DNA of 64,000 nt from the NCBI GenBank assembly GCA_963748625.1, contig CAVVJT010000004.1:640001-704000 (forward strand), written 5' to 3'. The DNA comes from an uncultured Chloroflexia bacterium (GTDB taxonomy: Bacteria > Chloroflexota > Limnocylindria > Limnocylindrales > CSP1-4). Position 1 is the stretch's first letter. Each line of letters begins with the position of its first letter. A program made the translations under genes and the position numbers. Below the pieces are notes generated by a model. It searched no databases and was not told the origin of the DNA. It was given only the letters and a program-made list of their open reading frames with translations. Below, piece after piece: positions 38,997-50,984 of this stretch.

Positions 38997-39518
38997 GTGA
39001 GCCGCCCGTTCCACGTCACCGACGACGGCGCGGACGCAGCGACAGCCCTCCGCGCCCAGCGCCGACGCCTCGAGGAGGACGGTTGGGCGGTGGTGGACGG
39101 CCTCGACGCCCGGCCTCCGCTCGCGCGGGCGGTCCTGGCGGGTGAGGTCGCCACGCCTCGCGACGCCACGTCAGCCCTGCTCGCAGCCCTCGACGGGTAC
39201 GGCCTCCTGCTGCTCCTGACCGCGGACACCGACACCCGCGAGCGGCTCATCGACGATCTGCGGCGGGTTGGGCCGGTGGAGCATCGCGAGGCTGCCCTGA
39301 CCGCCGCTCCCGGGCCGGAGGAGCTCTCGGAGGACGGCCGCGCGATCCTGGCGTTGCTCGCCGAGGGCTACACCCTCGGTGAGGCGGCTGCGCGCCTCGC
39401 CCTCAGCCGCCGGACCGCCGACCGGCGCCTCAGCGAGGCGCGGCAGGCCCTCGGTGTGACGAGGACCACCGAGGCCATCGCGATCGCCGCGCGCCGCGGC
39501 CTGCTCCGGCCGCGCTGA
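38997..39518 (+). CDS. Small regulator with C-terminal LuxR-type HTH
   Basis: [45 protein letters not shown]; N-terminus has no receiver motif; GTG start is an estimate. Confidence 0.75.
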   Translation: MSRPFHVTDDGADAATALRAQRRRLEEDGWAVVDGLDARPPLARAVLAGEVATPRDATSALLAALDGYGLLLLLTADTDTRERLIDDLRRVGPVEHREAALTAAPGPEELSEDGRAILALLAEGYTLGEAAARLALSRRTADRRLSEARQALGVTRTTEAIAIAARRGLLRPR

Positions 39519-39553
39519 CCCCCACCGGCCGCGCTGACCCCGGGGGACAGGCA

Positions 39554-39584
39554 ACGGCCCCGTCCGGGAACCGGACGGGGCCGT
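39554..39584. terminator. Hairpin between convergent genes
   Basis: ACGGCCCCGTCCGG-GAA-CCGGACGGGGCCGT. Confidence 0.65.
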
Positions 39585-39626
39585 CGGGCTGGCGCGGGAG
39601 GGGCGTCGCCGACCGGGGTCGGCCGG

Positions 39627-41216
39627 TCAGTCGACCAGGAGGTCGGCGTCGAGGCGGATCGGGCCGGCCTCGCGGACGGCCTCGGACACGCCGTCGGCGT
39701 ACTTCTTGAAGTTCTCGTGGAACATCGCGGCGATCTTGCGCGCCGTCCGGTCGTAGGCGTCCTTGTCGGCCCAGGTGTTGCGCGGCAGGAGCACCTCGTC
39801 GGGCACGCCCGGCACGCTGGTGGGGACCATCACGTTGAAGATCGGGTCCATCACGAACTCGGCGTTGTCGAGCTCCCCGTTGATGGCAGCGCGGGCCATG
39901 TTCCGGGTGTGGTTGATGTTCATCCGGTGACCGGTGCCGTACGGGCCGCCGGTCCAGCCGGTGTTGATCAGCCAGACGGGCACGTCGTACGTGTCGAGGC
40001 GGTCCATGAGCATGTGGGCGTACTCGCCCGGGTGGCGGGGCAGGAACGGCTGGCCGAAGCCCGGCGGAGAACGTGGCCGACGGCTCCATCACACCGACCT
40101 CGGTGCCGGCAAGCTTCGCCGTGTAGCCGCTGATGAAGTGGTACGCCGCCTGCTCCGGCGTCAGCTTCGAGATGGGAGGCAGCACGCCGAACGCGTCGGC
40201 CGTGAGGAAGACGACGTTCTTGGGGCCGGGGGCGACGCCCGTGGGATCCGCGTTGCCGATGAAGTGGAGCGGGTACGCCGCCCGGGTGTTCTCCGTGAAG
40301 CGCTCGGAGTCGAGGTCGAGGTCCCGGGTGCCCTCGGTGAAGTCCGTGTTCTCCAGGATCGTGCCGAAGCGCTTCGTGGTGGCGAAGATGTCCGGCTCGT
40401 ACATCGGCGAGAGGCGGATGGTCTTGGCGTAGCAGCCACCCTCGAAGTTGAAGGTGTAGCCCTCGCCCCAGCCGTGCTCGTCGTCGCCGATGAGCGAGCG
40501 GAGCGGATCGGCCGAGAGGGTGGTCTTCCCCGTGCCCGAGAGGCCGAAGAAGATGCAGGCGTCGCCGCCGGGCCCACGTTGATGCTGGAGTGCATCGGGA
40601 GGACCTTCTCGTCCGGCATGAGGTAGTTCATGACGGTGAAGGCCGACTTCTTGATCTCGCCCGCGTACTTGGTGCCGACGATGATGATCTCCATCCGCTT
40701 GAGGTGGAGCAGGATCGCCGTGCTGGACTGCGGACGCCCTCGGTCGCAGGATCGGCCTGGAACGAGGGCACGTTGATGATCGTGAAGTTCGGGACGAACG
40801 TCGCGAGGTCCTCGCGCGCCGGCCGCCGGAACAGGTTCCGGGCGAAGATCGAGGCCCAGGCGGTCTCGGTGTAGACGCGGAGGCTGCGGCGATGCTCCAG
40901 GTGCGCGCCGATGTACATGTCCTGCGCGTACAGGCGCTTGTCGGCCACGTACGTCGACGAGGCGGGCGCGGAGCCTGTCGTAGTGCTCCTCGGACAGCTC
41001 GTGGTTGACCTCGCCCCACCAGACCTTGTCCTGGCTCCAGGGCTCCTTGACGACGAACTTGTCCTTGGGCGAGCGGCCGGTGTGGGGTCCGGTGCGGACG
41101 ACGAGCGGACCCTCGGCGGCAAGCTGGCCCTCGTCCTCGCGCAGGGAGCGCTCGTACAGCTCGGCGACGGACAGGTTGGCGACGACGCTGCCGCCGATCT
41201 GGCTGGGAGACGTCAT
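39627..41216 (-). CDS. pckA: PEP carboxykinase (ATP); about 4 apparent frameshifts
   Basis: [53 protein letters not shown] spread over several frames; shifts near 40952, 40728, 40570 and 40060. Confidence 0.9.
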
Positions 41217-41547
41217 GACCACGCGGATACCTCGGCTGCGGGGCGGGCGCGAACGCCCGCGGACTTCCCGTGACCGGCCGCGCGTGACGGGGCCCGTGGG
41301 GACCCGGGAGTCGGCTTCCGCAGTCAAGGTCGCGATTCGGTTGCGCGCATTCTACCGCTCGAGGCAACCCCGCACCGGGTGGGCCGTTCCGCCTGTCGGC
41401 GCGGCCCCGACCGGACCGTCCGCATGTCCGTCCGGCAGGCCCGGGGGCAGGCCCGGCGGGCCGGCCGTGCCGGCGGCCCCTGCGCCGTGCTCGATCGCCG
41501 GATTGCACCGCGCCGCACCGCGACACGTCCCGGCCACCTGCCGCACC

Positions 41548-44064
41548 ATGACGGCATGGACAACCGCGCGAACTCCGGTCATCCTGGGTCGTGACCAGGT
41601 CCGCGCGCTGGTCGCCGATGCCCTCGCGTCGGACCGGCCCGTCCTCCTGACCGGCGAGGCGGGCATCGGCAAGACGACCGTGGCGCGCGCGGCCATCAGC
41701 CGACGCAGGGCGCGGTGCCTGGCACGGGGCGGGCTTCGCGACGCTCTCGGCCATGCCCTACACGGCGCTGCGGCTCGCACTCGGATCGCCGGTTGCGGGT
41801 GCACCGGGCGAGGTCGCGGCTCGCGTGGAGTCGGTCGTGGGCAACGACGTCCTCCTGCTCGACGACCTGCAGTGGGTGGACCGCGACACCATGGCGGTGG
41901 TCCAGCTGCTTGCCGGCCGGGTGGCCATGGTGGCCACGGCGCGCACGGGCGACGCCGCCTTCATCACCGGACCGGCAGGTGCCGCGGTGGTCCACGTGCG
42001 GCTCGATCCGCTGGCGGCCGAGGAGGCGGCGGCGATCGTGCGCCGAGCCCGCCCGACCTGGCCGCCGGCGGCCGTCCGGCGCGTGCTCGACCGCGCGGGC
42101 GGCAACCCGCTGCTCCTCGAGGAGCTCGCCCGCGATGGCCGGGAGTCCGCCACGATCGCCCGGGCACTCACCAGTCACCTGGCACGGGCATCAGCTCCCG
42201 CCCGCCAGGCGCTCGGCCGCCTGGCCGTGGCGGACCGGCCCCTGCCCGTCTCGGCCGCGGGCGCGTCGCTCGCGGAGCTGCTGGACCTTGCCCTGGTCGT
42301 CCGGACGGGCGAGGAGGTCGCCATCCGTCACGCCCTCATCGCCGAGGCGATGCTCGCGGACCTGGGCGATGACGAACGCCGGAACGCGCACCTCGAGGTC
42401 GCCGCGATCGTCACGGCCGACGTGGATGTCGCGCTCCACCTCGCCCGCGGCGGCCGGACGACGGAGGCCGTGGCCACCGCCCTCCGCGCCGCCGGCGGGA
42501 CGCACCGATCTACGCACCCGTGCCGCGCTGCTGCGGATCGCCGCGGAGGCCGCCACCGGCGCCGGGCTCGCTCGCCATCCGGGCGCAGGCTGCGGAGGCG
42601 GCGCTTGACCTCGACGACCTTGACAGCGCCGCAGCCCTGCTCGACTGGCATCGGCGCGGACGACCCGGACACCGAGGTGAACACCCAGGTCCTGCAGCTG
42701 GCCATGAGCACCTGGGACCGGCGTGGGGAGATGGCGCGCGCCGAGGCGGCCTGGGAGGAGGCACGCGCGCTTGCCGGTGAACCCGTCCGGGCCGGGTGGC
42801 AAGGGTCCTGGCGACGGATCGTGCCGTGATGCTGGCCAACCTCGGGCGGGTCGACGAGGCGATCGCGCTGGTCGACGCCGCGGACAGGGCCGACGTGCGG
42901 CGCGAGCCGGACAACGTGGTGGCCCGGGCCAACCTGTGCTCGCTGCTGCGGTTCTTCAAGGGCGAGGACGTCCCGCTCGAGGACCTCGAGGCATGGGCCG
43001 AGGAGGCTGTCCGCGGACGCCAGCCGGGGGCGTCGGCCCGAGTGACCAACGTCTACAGCGTGACCCTCGCGATGCGCGGCCCGGCCGCGGCGCTGGCCTT
43101 CATCGACACCTGGGCGCCCCGGCTCCAGGCCATCGGGGTGGACCCCGTGCGGCTCGTTGTCGAACGGGTGCAGGCTCTGCTGTTCACCGGTCGGCCGGCC
43201 GACGCCGTGGTCGCAGCGGACGACCTCCTGGAGCGTCCCCTCCCGACGACCTTCGTGGGCGTGACGCTGATCGCCCGCGCGGAGGCCTGCTGCCAGATGG
43301 GCCGCTTCGCCGATGCGGAGGCCTCGCTGCGCCGGGCGGAGCCGTACATCACCGACGACTGGAGCAGCCGCGGCGAATCGCTCACGACGGCGGCGCATGT
43401 CGCACTGCTCGCGGGGAGACCCCGCGAGGCGATCGCCCTGGCCGAGTCCGCGATGGCCGTGCCGACGCACTATGCGGGCAACTACCAGCTCACGGCACTG
43501 ATCCGCGCGTGGGCACAGGTTGAGCTCGGCGTCCCGCCGTCACCGCTGCCCGAGGCGACCGCCTCGTGGGTCCGCGACGCAGCCACTGCGGAGATGGCGG
43601 TCCCTCGCGATCTCCGCCGACGGCCGCGCGGCGATGGCGATGTTCGACGATGCCGCGGCCGCCTGGGGCGGCAACCTCGTCGGGCGCCGGCTGGTCTGCG
43701 CGTGGGGTGCCGGCGAGGCGGCCCGTCGGGCAGGCGACCCGTCGACCGTGGACCGCCTGCGCGCCGTGCTGGACGCCGCGGAGGCCGGCGGCTACGAGCC
43801 GGTGGCGGCGCGCGTGCGGCGGTCCCTGCGGCTCGCCGGCATCCGGGTCAGCCGTCGCTCGACAACTGGCGCGGACAGCCTCCTGACCGCCCGCGAGCGG
43901 GAGATCCTCGATCTCGTCGCAGGCGGCCACTCGAACATCGAGATCGCCCGCCGGATGGGCCTCGGCAGGCCGACCGTCACCCGCATGCTCTCGAGCGCCA
44001 TGGCCAAGCTGGGCGCGGAGTACGCGGGCCCATGCGGTGACGCCTTGCCCAGCGCCACGGCTGA
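41548..44064 (+). CDS. LuxR-family STAND (AAA ATPase-helical-HTH) regulator; frameshifted
   Basis: [37 protein letters not shown], and C-terminal [26 protein letters not shown] across ORF fragments; end is inferred. Confidence 0.8.
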
Positions 44065-44102
44065 GCCTGCCGCGGACCGCGCGGATACGGACTCGTCCAG
44101 CC

Positions 44103-45883
44103 TCACCGAGGTGCCCGCGATGCCGCGGCGAGCGGTCCGCCGCGACCCGGCGGGCCACCGCGTACGCGGCCGACTGACCCGTCAGCGCCTCGAGGAACGG
44201 GTGGCGTTCCAGGGTGAACAGGTCCATGTCGGTCAGCGCCGTGACGCTGGCCGTGCGGGCCACGTCGTGAAGGAGCGCGATCTCGCCGAAGCCGTCGCCC
44301 GGACCGAGCCGGTTGAGCTCCTGCCCGCCCCCCGTCACCACGCAGTCACCGCACTCGATCATGTAGAAGCAGTCGCCCGGCTCGCCCTCGGTGATCACCG
44401 CGCGTGCCGGCAGGCACCTGCTCGTGGACAGCATGGGCGGCCAGGCGCTCGAGGATGGGCAGCGGGAGCGGTGCGAACATGCCGATGCTGGCGCACGACC
44501 CTGAGCTCACGCTCGTGAACCGCACCTGCAGCCTCCGAGGCCATGAGCGCGCGACGCATCACCAGGGCTCCGGCAGGCAGGATCGCTCCGGTCAGCACCA
44601 GCGCCGCGGTGGGGCCTGCGATCTCGACCAGGAGCGGGGCGACCAGCGTGCCCAGCGCCAGACCGGCCATCGCCGCGCCCTCGACGACGCCGAAGATGCG
44701 GGTCAGGTAGCGATCGGGGGTGACGCGCTGGAGCAGCGTGCCGGCCGATCACGTCGATGACGGTCACGACCTGATCCGAGCACGAGGAAGCCGACGCACG
44801 CCCGAGGACCGGCAGCGGCAGGACGCCCGGCAGCGGCAAGGCCGGCTCCGGCCACCAGCGAGGCGAGCAGGAGCGCGCCCAGGAGGTGACGGCGTCCGAC
44901 GAGGCCGATCGCGAGGGCGGCTCCGACCAGTCCGCCGATGCCGATGGCTCCCGACAGCAGACCCACGCCGCCTTCCCCCATCCCGGCGATGTCGAGGCGC
45001 GAGCACCACCATCAGCACGTCCGCGGCGCCCTGGAGCAGGAACGACAGGCCGACCATGAGCACGAGGGGGCGGATGAGGCGGTTGCCGAGACCGGCGCGA
45101 AGGCCCGCCGCCATCTCGGATGCAAGGCCGGTGCCTGCACCTGCCTCCGACTCGGGACCCACACCCTCGCCCCAGGCTCCGTCCGCATGGCGGTGGTCCA
45201 GCGGTCCCCCGGAGGCGTGCACCTCAGCGGCGTGGACCGGTTGCGATACGTAGTCCACCGCGTCCGTGACGACCCGGAGCCGGGCCACGAGAGCAAACCC
45301 GGTGAACGCGGCGATCGTGCTGACCAGGTACACGCCTCCGGCGCCAGCCAGGCTCAGCAGGATCCCGCCCCCAATGGAGCCCACGACGATGCCCAGGTTC
45401 TCCATCGTCCCGGAGGCGACGTTGGCCGCGGTGAGCTCGGAAGGCGTCTTCGCGATCTGGGGCATCACGGACGCATGGGCGGGCCGGACCAGCGTGAGCG
45501 CGAGGCCCGTGATGACCGCGCCGGCGTAGACAGCCAGGGGTGGCTGGCCGGTGAGGAGCAGGACCGTGATCAGGAGGTTGGCGGCCGCGAACGCAGCGTA
45601 GGCGATCGCCAGGACGCGGGTCCGTCGCGACGCGGTCGCCCAGGGTCGCCGCGAGCGGGGCGAAGAACACAGCCGGTGCCAGCTGGGCGAAGGCGACCAG
45701 CCCGGACGCGGTCGCCCCGCCCTGGTCATAGGCGTAGACGAGGATGGCGACCCATGTGCCGAGCTCGACAACCGCGAACAGGAAATAGGCGACCTGGGTG
45801 CGGAGCAGCGTCCAGCTGCGGAGCACCGTCGCGAAGACGGCGAGCGATTGAAGTCGGGGGCGTCGCGGCCTGGGAACGGGCAT
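44103..45883 (-). CDS. MFS transporter fused to a C-terminal cyclic-nucleotide-binding domain; frameshifted
   Basis: TM segments (LVYAYDQGGA, TPSELTAAN) followed by EGEPGDCFYMI...GDGFGEIALLHDVARTASV; boundaries approximate. Confidence 0.8.
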
Positions 45884-45960
45884 GGGCCTGCGGAGGATGA
45901 CACGCGGGGCGGCGCGCGTCCCGGGACGGCGCGCGTCCCGGCACGGGCGCGCCGCGCCGC

Positions 45961-46791
45961 TCAGCGGAACAGGGTCGTCAGGCCGCGCCCCCGCATGCGC
46001 GTGCCGGGTGGCGGGAGCACCGCAAGGTGGGCGTCGCGCACGGCATCCGCTGTCGCCGACCGGAACCCGTCGGCGATGCGATGGGCAAGGCGCCGCTCCT
46101 CGGCCGTCCCCGGCGCGGGCACGGCGTCCGGGACCGGAGACCCGTCTGCGGCAGCCCACGCCTGCCAGGGCTGGGCGGGGAGCACCCGCAGGACGAGGCG
46201 CCGGCCGAGGAACAGGACCTCGTTGCCCCCGAGGACCACCGGCACGATGGGCGCGCCCGTCCGCAGGGCGATGTAGCCGAGACCGGCTGCGACCGGGCGC
46301 GCCGTCCCGGGCTCGGAGGGGAAGCCGGACTCCGGGAACAGGCAGAACACGGCGCCGTTGTCGATCACCCGCACGGCGGCCTCCATGTGCGTCGCAAACG
46401 CCCGCGGGCCGCCACGCGACGGGATCGGGATCACCCCGCCCACCCGCCGCAGGACCCAGCGCCGGAGCGGTGAGCGCGCCATCGTGCGAGCGTCCCCAAA
46501 GAACACCAGGCGGGGCTCGGCCGGCAGCGTCATCCAGACCAGGAACGGGTCCACCCAGGCGCGATGCGGGAGGCCCGCCGCGATCCAGCCGCCCGCCCGG
46601 TGGCCGTCGGGTGTGCGCGGCAGGTGCTCCAGGCCCTGCACCTCGAGGTGGAAGCGGAGCGCGAATGCCGCCACCCGCCAGGTGCCGCGCAGCAGCCGGT
46701 AGGCGAACCCCGCGTGCGGCGTCGCCCCGCCTGCCAGGCCGGCCGAGAGCTCGGGGATCCCGGGCGGGTCGGGCTCAGGCGCGCGCGGCAT
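45961..46791 (-). CDS. Lysophospholipid acyltransferase (PlsC family)
   Basis: HRAWVD (HX4D), LFPESG, ALRTGAPIVPV. Confidence 0.88.
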   Translation of the reverse strand: MPRAPEPDPPGIPELSAGLAGGATPHAGFAYRLLRGTWRVAAFALRFHLEVQGLEHLPRTPDGHRAGGWIAAGLPHRAWVDPFLVWMTLPAEPRLVFFGDARTMARSPLRRWVLRRVGGVIPIPSRGGPRAFATHMEAAVRVIDNGAVFCLFPESGFPSEPGTARPVAAGLGYIALRTGAPIVPVVLGGNEVLFLGRRLVLRVLPAQPWQAWAAADGSPVPDAVPAPGTAEERRLAHRIADGFRSATADAVRDAHLAVLPPPGTRMRGRGLTTLFR

Positions 46792-46794
46792 CGG

Positions 46795-47721
46795 TCAGGC
46801 CTCGTCGCGGTCCAGGCGGCCCGGGCGCAGGAACAGCCACGTCAAGCGCCGTTCCAGGAGCCGCCGCCGGCCCGGCGGATCGACCGTCCGCGGCTGCAAC
46901 GCCTCCACTGCCGGTCCGAGTCGTGCCTCGAGGGCAGCGGTGACCAGGCGGGCAAGCGCCAGCTCCTCGCGCGAGCCCTCTTCCGGCATGACGCCGTCCC
47001 AGCCATCGCCCAGCAGGTCCACGATCGACGTTGCCGGCAGGACCTTCGAGGCCATCCGGTGGCCGACGTACAGCGTCTCCGTGCCGGCCATCGCGACCGG
47101 GACGATCGGGGCGCCGGTGCGCAGGGCGATGAGCGAGGCGCCGTGGCGGAACGGCCCGATGCGACCCGGGGGTCCGCTGACCGTGCCCTCGGGCATCTGG
47201 ACGAAGACCCCGCCGTTGCGCAGCACCGCCCGCGCCGACGCCACGTGCACGTCGATGCCCAGGCCACCGCGCCAGACCGGCAGCAGGCCGCCGAGGCGGT
47301 GGATCAGGGACTCGCGCCAGCGGCTGGTGAAGGTTGACGGGCCACTCCCCAGGATCCACGCCCGAGGCTCAGCCGGGATGGCGTGCATGACGACGAACGG
47401 GTCGATCCAGCCCCGGTGGGCGGCAGCGACCAGCAGGTACCCGCCGCCGCGCGGGAGGTGCTCCTGGCCCGACGTCTCCACGTGGAGCCGGCACAGCCCG
47501 AAGAGAACGAAGCGGGCGAGGAGGCGCAGCGCGCGATACAGGAGCGACGCCTTGGACTCGGGGTCGCGGCCCAGCCACTCGAGGCCCTCGCGGGCGCCAT
47601 CGCGACGCGCGGCCGCAAGGACGTCCGGGGTCAGGCGGGACGGTGGCCGGCGGCGGACGGGAGCAGCGTCAGGGGCGCCCGGTGCCGGTTCCGGGTTCGA
47701 CACCGGCTTCGGGCTCGTCAT
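46795..47721 (-). CDS. Lysophospholipid acyltransferase (PlsC family), tandem paralogue
   Basis: HRGWID, MPEGT, FRHGA, ALRTGAPIVPV; ATG 47721 preceded by GAGGAGG. Confidence 0.85.
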   Translation of the reverse strand: MTSPKPVSNPEPAPGAPDAAPVRRRPPSRLTPDVLAAARRDGAREGLEWLGRDPESKASLLYRALRLLARFVLFGLCRLHVETSGQEHLPRGGGYLLVAAAHRGWIDPFVVMHAIPAEPRAWILGSGPSTFTSRWRESLIHRLGGLLPVWRGGLGIDVHVASARAVLRNGGVFVQMPEGTVSGPPGRIGPFRHGASLIALRTGAPIVPVAMAGTETLYVGHRMASKVLPATSIVDLLGDGWDGVMPEEGSREELALARLVTAALEARLGPAVEALQPRTVDPPGRRRLLERRLTWLFLRPGRLDRDEA

Positions 47722-48660
47722 CGCCTGTCTCGACCTCCTCGCCGTCGGCGGGTCCATCGGTCCCGTTCTCGTCCGTGACCCTGCGGCGCTGGGCGGCTCG
47801 CCCCACCGCTCGGCGCCTGCGGCAGCGGGCCTGTGACGCCAGGCCAGGACCACGACGGCCCCCACGATCACCACCACCGACACGATGGTCGCGGTGGGGA
47901 TCCCGTTGATGGTCCAGTTCCCCGTCCGCAACGTCTCGAGCAGGAGGCGGACCGTGGCATACCAGATGAACCAGATCAGGAGCAGGTCGCCCGGCCGCAT
48001 CCGTGCGCCAAATCGACGCGCAAGCCAGAGCAGCGTTACCGCGCCGACCACACCGCTGATCGACTCGTACAGGAACAGCGGCTGGAACCCCTGGGTCAGC
48101 GGGTACTGGTCGGAGCAGGCGTACGGGACGACGCGATGCGCGCAGTCGATGGCGATGCCCCATGGCAGGTCGGTCGGGGGCCCGTAGAGCTCCTGGTTGA
48201 AGAAGTTGCCCCAGCGCCCGATGGCCTGCATCACGAACAGGCCTGGAGCGATGACGTCAGCCCACTTCCAGAACGGCTGCTTCCAGAGTCGGAGGATGAC
48301 GAAGACGGCAATCGTCCCGGTGAGGATGCCGCCGTACACGCCCAAGCCCTCGTAGGGCGGCAGCACGATGCTGAGCAGGTTGTCCTTGTACCGGTCCCAC
48401 TGGTCGATCACGTGGTACATGCGCCCGCCGATGAGCGCGGCGATGCCAACGATGATGATCCCGTTGTCCACGAGCCTCGAGTTCAGCCCGCGCCGACGCG
48501 CCTCCCGGGTGATCACCACGTAGGTGGCAGCGAGGCCCACGGCGTAGCAGACGCCGTACCAGAAGATCGGCACCGGCCCGATCTGGAAGGCGATCGGATC
48601 GGGCGTGATCATGATGGTCGCGAGGACCACGGTCAGGGCGGCGGCGAGCGTGGGGAACAT
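47669..48660 (-). CDS. lgt: Prolipoprotein diacylglyceryl transferase (canonical)
   Basis: WYG, GGRMYHVI, GLGVYGG, IGRWGNFFNQELYG, FQPLFLYES, RLLLETLR. As sequenced it reads into plsC; a probable frameshift near 47785 would give an acidic tail ending at 47669. Confidence 0.88.
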
Positions 48661-48798
48661 CGCCGCGAGTGTACCCGGCCCCGGCCTCGTCCCGGCCTCG
48701 TCCCCGTCCCGGCCTCGTCCCCGTCCCGTCCCGCGGTCTGTTCGGCTATCCTCGGCCGCGATGCAGCACGACGCACGGCCGGACGCGGGGACCTCCCT

Positions 48799-49128
48799 GT
48801 GAGCGGCGAGTTCCACTTCTGGCTGATCATCGTCGGCCTCATCGCCGGCGCGGCGCTCACATGGCTGGTCATGTCGGAGACGACCCGCCGTGACGAGGAG
48901 GTCGGCGAGCGCGAGCTTGACGCGGAGGCCGCCTGGATCTCCAACTCGATTGGCGATCCGCACGTCGATGCGGCGGTGACCGGACAGATCCTGCGGGCCC
49001 ATCGGCGCTACCTGGGCTTTCCGCCTCCGGACGCCCTCGTGGATCCCGATGAGCTGGTCGCGCTCGAGGAGCAGGCGGCAATCGCGGCGCCTGCCGCCAC
49101 GTCGCCGGACACTGTCGAGCGGCGGTAG
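48799..49128 (+). CDS. Hypothetical protein with N-terminal TM anchor
   Basis: (V)SGEFHFWLIIVGLIAGAALTWLV...EAAWI...LRAHRRYL. Confidence 0.65.
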   Translation: MSGEFHFWLIIVGLIAGAALTWLVMSETTRRDEEVGERELDAEAAWISNSIGDPHVDAAVTGQILRAHRRYLGFPPPDALVDPDELVALEEQAAIAAPAATSPDTVERR

Positions 49129-49161
49129 CCGCAGCCCGTCAGACGCGTATTGGGCCCCGGC

Positions 49162-49655
49162 CTACGCCGCGTCCCCTCCATCGGGACGGGGCATGGGCAG
49201 CGGGCGTCCCTCGAAGCCGGTGCTGAACACGACGTCCGTCTCGGTCGAGAACACGTTCTGCGTCGTCTGGACTGCCCGGACCACGCGCCCCCAGGTGCTC
49301 CATGTCCGCGGCGCGGATCTTGAGGATGTAGTCGGCCTCGCCGGCGATGTAGTGGCACTCCTCGATCTCGGGGATCGCCGCGAACGCGGGCGTCAGGTCG
49401 GTCGCGATCGTGCCCGGCGCCTGCGTGACCCAGGTGAACGCGAGCACGACGAGGCCGAGCGGCCTGGCGGGTCCACGTCGCCCGAGTAGCCGCGGATCAC
49501 GCCCCGCGACTCGAGCTTCTTGACCCGCTCGTGCGCGGACGGACCCGCCATGCCGAGGTCGGTGCCGAGGTCCGCGTACGACCGCCGGCCATCCGCCTGG
49601 AGGATGCCGACGATGCGGGCATCGGTGTCGCTGAGAGGGACGTTCTTGCCAACGT
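49162..49655 (-). CDS. Lrp/AsnC transcriptional regulator; frameshifted
   Basis: LSDTDARIVGILQADGRRSYADLG...HERVKKLESRGVIRGY, then IEECHYIAGEADYILKIRA; start uncertain. Confidence 0.85.
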
Positions 49656-49804
49656 AGTACCTATTCGTTAGGTAGATCGGTTGCTTGGACCTTCGATTCT
49701 TAGGTAATCTTGCGCAACAGGGATATCAGGAGCGCTCGACCCCGCCGGACCTACCGGCGGGACTCACACGGGTCCACGGCGCTCCGGGTAGCGAAGGTGC
49801 AGAC

Positions 49805-49942
49805 ATGGTGCTCGTCGTCGTGTTCACGCTCCTCGCGGTGTTCTCGATCGTCAGCATCGTGATGAGCGCCGAGGAGCCGGGCGCGCCCGAGCGATACCAG
49901 TAGGAGAATCCGCTCCTCTGGGCGACGCTCGGCCGCCGCTAG
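49805..49942 (+). CDS. Small membrane peptide, 32 aa (45 codons if the internal TAG at 49901 is read through or is an error)
   Basis: MVLVVVFTLLAVFSIVSIVMSAEEPGAPERYQ*ENPLLWATLGRR*; GAAGG RBS; hairpin downstream. Confidence 0.5.
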
Positions 49943-49965
49943 GCGAACCACAGCCTACTCCACGA

Positions 49966-49989
49966 ACGCCCCGGCACTCGCCGGGGCGT
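49966..49989. terminator. Hairpin
   Basis: ACGCCCCGGC-ACTC-GCCGGGGCGT. Confidence 0.55.
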
Positions 49990-50113
49990 CGTGATTCTCG
50001 GGAGGCGCGTCGCGGTCGCAGCGGGCATGGGCCAGTGTCCGCGGGCGCAGGCGTGGCGCACCGGCGGCGCCGGGCGCGCCGTGCACCGGCGGAGGCGCGC
50101 CCCGCAGGCGTCG

Positions 50114-50984
50114 TCAGCCCTTGCCGTACCCCTCGGCGAGGCCGCGGATGAACTGCCGCTGGCCGAGCAGGAACACGACGATCATCGGGATGGCCGCCAT
50201 CGTGAGCGCGGCGAACAGCACCGGCCAGTCGGACAGGACGCGGCCCTGCATCGCGAGCAGCCCGACGGGCAGCGTCTTGAGGTCCCCGTCGTTGATGAAC
50301 ACCAGCGCGAACGCGAACTCGTTCCATGCGAACAGGGCCTGGAGCAGCGCCGCGGACACGATGATCGGGCGCGACAGGGGCATGATCACCAGCCAGAAGA
50401 TCTGCCAGCGGTTGGCGCCGTCGACGATCGCCGCATCCTCCATCTCGCGCGACAGCGTGACCATGTAGGCGCGGATGAGGAACATCGTGAACGAGATCCG
50501 GAACGCCGTGTACAGGACGATCAGCGCCCAGTAGGTGTCGAAGATCCCGAGCGCCTGGAGCAGGCGGAACAGCGGGATGAGGGCGACGGCGGGCGCCAGC
50601 ATCATGCCGCCCAGGAGGATGATGGTGATCGGGCCGGCAAACGGGATCCGGAGCCGCGTCAGGCCGTACGCGGCCATGGAGCTGACGAGGATCGTCGCGA
50701 CCACGGACCCGACCGTGACGATGACGCTGTTGAACAGGTAGCGGACGACGCCCAGCTCCCACGCCTTCGGGAAGTTCTCCCAGCGCCACGCTGGGGCAGT
50801 CCCCACGGGTCACCGAACAGCTCGGCGTTCGACTTGAAGCCGTTGAGGACCATCCAGATCAGCGGGTAGATGATCGCGACCGCCAGGACGAGCGAGCGCG
50901 ACGTAGACGATCGTGCGGCCGATCGACCGGCCACCATCTGCCCGATCCCCCGCCCGATACCGCGGAGCGCGCCGCGCCGGCCAT
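50114..50984 (-). CDS. Carbohydrate ABC permease (MalG-type); frameshifted near the 5' end
   Basis: YLFNSV, AAYGL, EMEDAAIVDGA (EAA loop), WNEF, TLPVGL. Confidence 0.88.

Noticed and set aside
39627-41216. pckA and its neighbours as true pseudogenes
   Set aside because: All catalytic motifs and codon bias are intact and the indels are regionally clustered, which favours assembly error.
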